The notes under the pieces were generated by a model, which worked only from the letters and a program-made list of their open reading frames with translations, was not told the origin of the DNA and searched no databases. The position numbers and the translations under genes were made by a program. Below are positions 45,089 to 50,478 of a stretch of 50,478 bases of DNA, piece by piece; position 1 is the first letter of the stretch; each line of letters begins with the position of its first letter. This DNA is from a virus (taxonomy: Duplodnaviria > Caudoviricetes), in IMG/VR virus record IMGVR_UViG_3300005805_000123, positions 1-50,478 of that record. One strand, given 5' to 3'.

Positions 45089-45408
45089 CTTGGGCACAAT
45101 ACATCTTCACTCATTTGATTCCTTCGTGGTTTCAATCCTTTAATGGCAACTTCCGCATCTGGCGTGATTTGATGACAGGAAACTACAAAGATTATGCACT
45201 AATGTGGTATGATGACCCTTATGAAGAATGTTATGAATGGTTCTGGACTCAACTAGGTGAAGATGATACATTACCTAAACATTTTCTTGAGTATCTACAA
45301 CAAATGGTAGATGATATTGAGAGTGGTAAAGTAGAGACAATTCCATTCACTCAAGAGATGTTTGATGAGATAGATAATCTTGTTGGAGATTTGATGGAGG
45401 AAGATTAG
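45085..45408 (+). CDS. Hypothetical protein
   Basis: 107-aa ORF; EC..WFW..L..D...PK.FLE.L. Confidence 0.7.
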   Translation: MTWAQYIFTHLIPSWFQSFNGNFRIWRDLMTGNYKDYALMWYDDPYEECYEWFWTQLGEDDTLPKHFLEYLQQMVDDIESGKVETIPFTQEMFDEIDNLVGDLMEED

Positions 45409-45471
45409 TAGTGGGGCAGCAAAGTCGGGTAGGGGTATTTGACTTGCGTAAGTCCCCATTTTATTCTATAC

Positions 45472-45479
45472 TATAAATA
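45472..45479 (+). promoter_or_regulatory. T4-like late promoter inside a long stem
   Basis: TATAAATA enclosed by GTAGGGGTATT/AATACCCCTAC. Confidence 0.75.
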
Positions 45480-45502
45480 GCAATACCCCTACTAAAAGAA
45501 CA

Positions 45503-45991
45503 ATGGAAATCTGGAAACCAGTTGTAGGATACGAATGTCTTTATGAAGTTTCTGACCAAGGAAGAGTTAGAAACAATAGAGGACTTATTCTAAAAGATAG
45601 ATTTAAAACACCTATGAGATATAGGTATGTTGTTCTATGTAAAAAAGAAAAAAGCATATCCAGCCTTGTTTTGGAAACATTCGTATCACCAAGACCACCT
45701 AAAATGGTAGTTAGGCACTTAAATGGAAATGCACAAGATGATAGATTGTGTAACTTGACTTGGGGCACACAATCTGATAATATCCTTGATAAAATACAGC
45801 ACGGGACAAATAACTTTAATGACGTTATGATTAAAATAACTAATTTAAAAACTGGTGAGGTATTTGTAGGGAGACAAAGACCTTTATCAAGACAACTTAA
45901 TTTAAATCAAAGTTCAATTTGGCAATCTTGTAATCGTGGATGGACGACGAAAGGATATAAATGTGAATATGTTGTGACTGAGGAGGAATGA
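45503..45991 (+). CDS. NUMOD4-HNH homing endonuclease
   Basis: EIWKPVVGYE.LYEVS..GRVR (NUMOD4); VRHLNG...D.RL.NL.WGT..DN. Confidence 0.88.
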   Translation: MEIWKPVVGYECLYEVSDQGRVRNNRGLILKDRFKTPMRYRYVVLCKKEKSISSLVLETFVSPRPPKMVVRHLNGNAQDDRLCNLTWGTQSDNILDKIQHGTNNFNDVMIKITNLKTGEVFVGRQRPLSRQLNLNQSSIWQSCNRGWTTKGYKCEYVVTEEE

Positions 45992-46000
45992 TCCATCGGA

Positions 46001-46390
46001 ATGTTCGATTACGTTCGTTCTTCATATAATCTTGGAGAACAATTCACAAATGTAGAGTGTCAAACAAAAGATATTGAAGAAGGATATAGTGGCACAATGT
46101 CACACTTCTGGATAGACCCTGCTGGTTATTTGTGGGTTGGTGATTACGTTGGTACTTCATCTATGGAAATCTATGAAGAAGGACATCCAAAGTATGATCC
46201 TGACAGGAAGTGGTTAAACTTTGAGTGGATTCCTACAGGAGTTCATGGAAAGTATCGTGTTCATGCTATTACCAAGTATGTGGAGATTTACCCAGCAACT
46301 TGGGATGGTCAGTGGGAAGATTGGCCTCGTTGCAGAATCCACTTCAAGTATGGTAAAGTGGTTGAGTACGAAGATGTCACTGGCCGATGA
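46001..46390 (+). CDS. Conserved hypothetical protein
   Basis: MFDYVRSSY.L....CQTKD...FWIDP.G.L...F..GK. Confidence 0.75.
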   Translation: MFDYVRSSYNLGEQFTNVECQTKDIEEGYSGTMSHFWIDPAGYLWVGDYVGTSSMEIYEEGHPKYDPDRKWLNFEWIPTGVHGKYRVHAITKYVEIYPATWDGQWEDWPRCRIHFKYGKVVEYEDVTGR

Positions 46391-46704
46391 TTAGTACAGA
46401 ACTATTCCCTTATGATAAGTTTGGATTTCGTCTTGAGTTTGGTGAAAAGAAAAACAGTACAGTCTGTTACTTTGAGTGTCAGGAACATCTTGACAAATAC
46501 CTAGAAAGGTATAGACTGGATAAGAGAACTATTAAGATTGACTATCGTGATGGAGAACCCGTTGACACCAGTAAAAAACGTAAGAGAAGTGTGGAACAAA
46601 AGTCTAAATCAAAAAGTGACGGAGGTTCAAGTCCAGTTCGCAAACGAAAATCCAGCATGGATTCCACTAGAAACACTACTCGCACTCCAAAATCTAAAAA
46701 ATGA
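46387..46704 (+). CDS. Hypothetical protein with basic tail
   Basis: C.F.C.EHL.KY..RY motif. Confidence 0.7.
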   Translation: MISTELFPYDKFGFRLEFGEKKNSTVCYFECQEHLDKYLERYRLDKRTIKIDYRDGEPVDTSKKRKRSVEQKSKSKSDGGSSPVRKRKSSMDSTRNTTRTPKSKK

Positions 46705-46871
46705 CATCCAAAGTTAATCTTATTCTTGCTCTGCAACAAGTAGAGAATATTAGTAATCTTGTGAGGGAAAATAACTATGAGGGGTTTTTCACTTCTCATC
46801 TCCTACCTGTTAAATATGAGTTACAACGTCAACTAACACTACAAAATAATGGAAGAAAAGAAACTGATTGA
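46701..46871 (+). CDS. Hypothetical protein (56 aa)
   Basis: LILALQQVENI..L...N.Y...HL.PVKYEL.RQL; read manually. Confidence 0.65.
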   Translation: MTSKVNLILALQQVENISNLVRENNYEGFFTSHLLPVKYELQRQLTLQNNGRKETD

Positions 46872-47058
46872 TGATTGCTTTTATGTTAAGCAAGGAAGAT
46901 TTCTTTGGGATAGTTATGATCTAGACGGTAAAGGTCTTGTATCAGCACTTACAGAAGAAGATTGTATTAGTGGAACTCGTTTTTATCTTAAAGGTAGACA
47001 AGAAGGTTGGCCTGATGATACAATTAAGCATGAAGGAACTGTTGGAGGAAAACTCTAA
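46849..47058 (+). CDS. Hypothetical protein
   Basis: IDD.FYV...LW.S...TRFYLKG.QEG...VGGKL. Confidence 0.7.
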   Translation: MEEKKLIDDCFYVKQGRFLWDSYDLDGKGLVSALTEEDCISGTRFYLKGRQEGWPDDTIKHEGTVGGKL

Positions 47059-47225
47059 TGACACTACGCACTTTTGTTGACAAGAATGGTAATACTTGGG
47101 AGTGGAATGAAACTCCAGAAGTCCTTGAAGCAGTTAAAAAACTGACAGAATTTGCTGGAAACTATTCTGGACCACTATATGCACCACACCCTGATTTAAA
47201 AAATGAAACTGCGTCTGACTCCTAA
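47058..47225 (+). CDS. Hypothetical protein (55 aa)
   Basis: MTLRTFVDKNGNTWEWNET...FAGNY.GPLYAPHPDL; TAATG coupling. Confidence 0.6.
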   Translation: MTLRTFVDKNGNTWEWNETPEVLEAVKKLTEFAGNYSGPLYAPHPDLKNETASDS

Positions 47226-47376
47226 TCAACAACTATGGGCTGATGTGTTTCGTTGTGCTGTTTATAGGTCTAATCTTTACTTTGAAGAGAAAGACCTTGA
47301 CAGACACGCAAGGGAACACACAACTGCTGTATTAGCACTTCAAAAAGGAGATCATTTCTGGAAAGAATTGCTATGA
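47203..47376 (+). CDS. Hypothetical protein (57 aa; resembles 44912)
   Basis: VFRCAVYR..LY...DR..REHTT. Confidence 0.6.
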   Translation: MKLRLTPNQQLWADVFRCAVYRSNLYFEEKDLDRHAREHTTAVLALQKGDHFWKELL

Positions 47377-47510
47377 GTGATACAGACCCTACAAGTCCTT
47401 GGTATGAATTTATTTCATATTGTCGTTGTTGTGACAGTTTAGGTGTTTCCATTCGTCTACAATCGTTTATGTGTTATCAGCAGTATTTGAAAGAGATTGA
47501 TTTAATATGA
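47373..47510 (+). CDS. Hypothetical protein (45 aa)
   Basis: MSDTDPTSPWYEFISYCRCC.SLG; ATGA overlaps at both ends. Confidence 0.6.
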   Translation: MSDTDPTSPWYEFISYCRCCDSLGVSIRLQSFMCYQQYLKEIDLI

Positions 47511-47731
47511 TTAAAAAATTTATTAATTGGTATTTTTCATCATCTTCAAAGTCAGTTGAAGAGAATATTGATTTATATTCTAAAATTGCTAAGTTGGAAG
47601 AAAAAATACTTCATCTTGAAAATGAAAATGTAGAAACATCAAACTGTCTTTATGAGTTGTCAAATCATATTGATGCAGTTGATGCTCGTATAGATATAAT
47701 CATTGTTGAAAATCTTACAAACAATGTATGA
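47507..47731 (+). CDS. Coiled-coil hypothetical protein
   Basis: I..LE.EN...SN.LYEL.N.ID.VDARIDI. Confidence 0.65.
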   Translation: MIKKFINWYFSSSSKSVEENIDLYSKIAKLEEKILHLENENVETSNCLYELSNHIDAVDARIDIIIVENLTNNV

Positions 47732-47900
47732 AGATCTTGACTCATTCGAAAAAGCATTGTCACATTTTGGAACAAGAGTTGACATCATCGTTGCTCTTGA
47801 AATGGGGGGTAAGTTAGATGCTGACACAGCTTACAAAAATATTAAAATGGAACTCAAAGAACTCAAAAGAGTTCGTAAAAAGTGGAAAAAGGATCTGTAG
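47724..47900 (+). CDS. Conserved hypothetical protein
   Basis: MYEDLDSFEKAL.HFGTRVD.I.A.E.GGK.....AY..IK. Confidence 0.7.
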   Translation: MYEDLDSFEKALSHFGTRVDIIVALEMGGKLDADTAYKNIKMELKELKRVRKKWKKDL

Positions 47901-48018
47901 TAAATGTGGTGAGGAGAAACCACTTGACGCCAACCACTTTCAGGTGGTAAAATCATTTCGAGAGGGTTTCTCTTACTATTGTCTTGAGTGTTCTAAACCT
48001 AAACCCAGAGAAGATTGA
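47818..48018 (+). CDS. Stand-alone CxxC-CxxC zinc finger (start uncertain)
   Basis: ICSKCGEEKPL...F...YYCLEC, resembling the N-terminus of the HNH at 26768. Confidence 0.5.
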   Translation: MLTQLTKILKWNSKNSKEFVKSGKRICSKCGEEKPLDANHFQVVKSFREGFSYYCLECSKPKPRED

Positions 48019-48020
48019 TT

Positions 48021-48560
48021 ATGGATTACAAAAAGTATTCACTTGAAAATCTAGAGAATTGGTTGTATGATGCAATGTCTTGTGGTGAAGCAACACCGCA
48101 GGAAATTTATGATGTAATTGTAAATGTAGTCAAAGATGAATACTATACTTACAAGAAGAGAGCATCAGAATCATATGAACTTCTTGCTCTTCTGAATGGT
48201 AATGGTAAAGGACACATCAAAGAGTATGATGATTGTGTAGATAAAATCTTGTCCTGTGATAAGAATGATCCATCACCAGAATGTAAAGGTGCTTGGAATG
48301 ACTTTTGGGAAGAATCAAATCAATATACTGAAGAAGAACTGAACGCAATGTGCGATAAGGCAGCATCAGATGAAATGAACGATAAAGTAGTAAAATGGCA
48401 ACTTCCTGTTCAGGTTGATGGATTGACTGGTGAATGTTTTGTAGAGTTTCCTGATGATTTGTTAGAAGCAGCAAATCTTAAGGAAGGAGATCAAGTTGAA
48501 TGGATTGATCGTGGTGATGGTAGTTTTGAATTGAGGAAAGTAAATGGCGCTAAATATTAA
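48021..48560 (+). CDS. Hypothetical protein with C-terminal AbrB/MazE-like domain
   Basis: C-terminal FVEFPDDLLE..NLKEGD.VEW.D.GDGSF.L.K. Confidence 0.7.
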   Translation: MDYKKYSLENLENWLYDAMSCGEATPQEIYDVIVNVVKDEYYTYKKRASESYELLALLNGNGKGHIKEYDDCVDKILSCDKNDPSPECKGAWNDFWEESNQYTEEELNAMCDKAASDEMNDKVVKWQLPVQVDGLTGECFVEFPDDLLEAANLKEGDQVEWIDRGDGSFELRKVNGAKY

Positions 48561-48613
48561 TACCTGATTTGCTCGCAACACATCGGGAGGAGGGTGAAAG
48601 TCCCTCCTTTGCC

Positions 48614-48622
48614 ATATAAATA
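48614..48622 (+). promoter_or_regulatory. T4-like late promoter inside a long stem
   Basis: ATATAAATA enclosed by CTGATTTGCTCGCA/TGCGAGCAAATTAG. Confidence 0.75.
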
Positions 48623-48649
48623 CATATGCGAGCAAATTAGAGTAGAATT

Positions 48650-49444
48650 ATGCAACCACGCATCTACACATATAAGATTACCTTTGAAGAAGTTCCTTAC
48701 TATTATTATGGTAGTAAGAAGGAAAAGTATTATAATCAAGAATACTGGGGTTCTCCTGTAACAAATAAATGGTGTTGGGAACTTTATACACCAAAGAAAC
48801 AGATATTAGAAATATTTGATTATAGTGATGAAGGATACGAAGAATGTAGAAAGGTTGAAGATAGATTGATTAAACCAGTTCTCAATGACTTGTATTGTCT
48901 AAACGAAAGATGTGGTGGATCTTATTCATTATTAGTAAAGAAACAAAATGGCATAAAGTCTAGAAATGATAAAAAAGGTATTCACTCTCTAAACAGAGAA
49001 GAAAGAATAGAAAATGCAAAAAATGCAAGGAAGTTTCTACCCAAAGAAGTTCTTTCTAGAGCAGGAAAAAGAGCAACAGAAGTAAATAAAACTAACAAAG
49101 TAGGAATATATGGATTATCAAAAGAAAGAAAAATAGAAATATGTAGTAATGGTGGAAAAGTAGCAGGTAAAAAGTTATATGATGAGGGTAAAGGTTTATT
49201 TGGGATGAGTGATGATGATAAAAAGAAATCTCAAATAGATGGTGGAAAAAAACAAGGAAATATCAACAAAAAACTTGGAAAGGGTATATGCGGATTATCA
49301 AAAGAAGAAAGAAGTCAAAATGCTAAAAGGCAAAATAGTACGAAATGGAAGTGTCTTGTTACGGGACATATTTCAACTTATAATGCACTCTCAAGGTTTC
49401 AAAATAACAGAGGTATTGACAAAAGTATGAGAGTTTTGGTATGA
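48650..49444 (+). CDS. GIY-YIG (Seg-like) homing endonuclease
   Basis: IYTYKITF...YYYGS, YWGS, E..LI, CLN; four G[IL]..[LM][SN]..[ER] repeats in the C-terminal half. Confidence 0.8.
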   Translation: MQPRIYTYKITFEEVPYYYYGSKKEKYYNQEYWGSPVTNKWCWELYTPKKQILEIFDYSDEGYEECRKVEDRLIKPVLNDLYCLNERCGGSYSLLVKKQNGIKSRNDKKGIHSLNREERIENAKNARKFLPKEVLSRAGKRATEVNKTNKVGIYGLSKERKIEICSNGGKVAGKKLYDEGKGLFGMSDDDKKKSQIDGGKKQGNINKKLGKGICGLSKEERSQNAKRQNSTKWKCLVTGHISTYNALSRFQNNRGIDKSMRVLV

Positions 49445-49445
49445 T
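49416..49445 (+). promoter_or_regulatory. Sigma70 promoter in the 3' end of the endonuclease gene
   Basis: TTGACA-N18-TATGAT with extended TG. Confidence 0.65.
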
Positions 49446-49466
49446 GTGTAGAGTTTCAAATAAAAA

Positions 49467-49700
49467 ATGTCCCTAACAAACCAAGTGGAAGATGGACTCA
49501 AAGAAGCAGAAGGTTGTCTTCGAAATGCCCTGCATTGGGCCGCTAAAAATGAAAAACCTTTTGTTTCCCGTGAGATTTCAGAGATGATCTGTCGTATTGA
49601 TAGTTTAATTAAGACAGATCAACTTCTTGATAAACTAGAAGATCGAATGAAAGGATTTGGTGATGAGAGAGGTGGATTTGGTACATTCTTTGGTTCGTAA
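49467..49700 (+). CDS. Conserved hypothetical protein
   Basis: L..QV...L.EA...LRNAL..AA..EKP. Confidence 0.72.
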   Translation: MSLTNQVEDGLKEAEGCLRNALHWAAKNEKPFVSREISEMICRIDSLIKTDQLLDKLEDRMKGFGDERGGFGTFFGS

Positions 49701-49793
49701 AGAAACATTACTCAATCCCAAAGAAAGTATTAAGAAACCTCACATCTCCCTTAAATAATGTTATGATATGCACATAAACACGGGAGCGAAAGT

Positions 49794-49958
49794 ATGACTC
49801 TTCCTTCAAAAGGAAACTCAAAATTGACTGATGATGAGTGGAAAGAGATGGCAGCACTCAAAAATGTCATCAACCAAAGACCACAAGCAGTTGTTCCTGA
49901 AAAGATGGAAGAGTTTACTGAGTATCTTGTGCGAAGTTTGCGTGAAAAAGGAGGTTGA
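49794..49958 (+). CDS. Hypothetical protein (54 aa)
   Basis: MTLPSK...LTDDEWKEMAALK..I...P..V.PEKME.F..YLVRSL; GGGAG RBS. Confidence 0.7.
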   Translation: MTLPSKGNSKLTDDEWKEMAALKNVINQRPQAVVPEKMEEFTEYLVRSLREKGG

Positions 49959-49961
49959 TAG

Positions 49962-49989
49962 AGAGGGTCAGAAATGACCCTCTTTTTTT
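49962..49989 (+). terminator. Rho-independent terminator followed by late promoter CTAAATA (49990)
   Basis: AGAGGGTCA-GAAA-TGACCCTCT followed by a T tract. Confidence 0.88.
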
Positions 49990-50011
49990 CTAAATACTTG
50001 AAAAAAGTATT

Positions 50012-50478
50012 ATGGCATCAACAAGTTTAAATGAATCATTATCTTGTGTTGCTCTAGGATATGTAACATATAAAGATGATCACAGTTTAGAAGATTTTCA
50101 TAAACTCATCACAGAAACAAGTGGTAATTTGTGGAATAAAGTAATTGCTAGATGTGAGATTTCTGATAGATCCGTATCAACATATAGAAACGCATATAAA
50201 GACAAAGATGGTAAAATAAATTCCTGGATTTATACTTCATATTATACTGCTGTGGAAATAGTAGATAAATTAAAAATACAAAATTTGCAAGATTATAAGT
50301 TTTCTAAAGTAGAAAAAAATGAAAAGTATATGTCATATATTCTCAAACAAAAAGCAACTTCTGCAATTAAAAAATATTCCAAGTTGATTTTGGGAAATCG
50401 TGCAGGGATATTGGGAACTTTAAATGCCGACAAAGTTAATATTGGTGATATTTTCATCATTGATGACAAGAAAAAGCA
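50012..50478 (+). CDS. Late hypothetical protein, 3' truncated
   Basis: Open frame MASTSLNESLSCVAL...DKVNIGDIFII to the window end; follows a late promoter. Confidence 0.65.
   Translation, partial: MASTSLNESLSCVALGYVTYKDDHSLEDFHKLITETSGNLWNKVIARCEISDRSVSTYRNAYKDKDGKINSWIYTSYYTAVEIVDKLKIQNLQDYKFSKVEKNEKYMSYILKQKATSAIKKYSKLILGNRAGILGTLNADKVNIGDIFIIDDKKK

Noticed and set aside
45409-46001. NUMOD4-HNH as part of a group I intron
   Set aside because: No P7 or catalytic core elements recognised, and the flanking ORFs look complete rather than split
47870-47900. Frameshift joining ORF 47724 to the zinc finger
   Set aside because: The AAA-AAG runs favour -1, but the zinc-finger frame is +1 and no +1 signal is seen

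Overview
This AT-rich 50.5-kb window is a segment of a T4-like cyanomyovirus (Kyanoviridae-type) genome. It begins in the 3' part of psbA. Next come auxiliary and core genes (glutaredoxin, speD, a HiPIP-like Fe-S protein, thyX, phoH, exonuclease, gp33, gp59, gp32) and the baseplate/tail block (gp53, gp48, gp2-like, gp4, gp54/19-like, gp26, gp51, two tape-measure-like proteins with muralytic domains, a hub protein, cp12, gp5). These are followed by two tRNAs, a Mom-like gene, large fibre and adhesin genes, two 2OG-Fe(II) oxygenases and a long array of small hypothetical genes. Three free-standing homing endonucleases are scattered through the window. The most notable unannotated signals are: (1) a candidate nitrogen-sensing cassette at 3719-4517 (NtcA-type box, tandem glutamine-riboswitch-like aptamers with a 51-codon ORF nested inside the second, then four coupled micro-ORFs including DUF4278-like YRG peptides); (2) a full set of -1 frameshift signals that would fuse gp26 to gp51; (3) a HiPIP-like protein whose N-terminus resembles a T4 capsid-targeting sequence; (4) a promoter- and terminator-bounded ~60-nt RNA complementary to the host Yfr1 motif; (5) stems enclosing the late promoter of all three endonuclease genes; (6) a repeated GACA-N10-TGTC promoter class. 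All family assignments come from motif recognition and synteny by eye; no searches were run.
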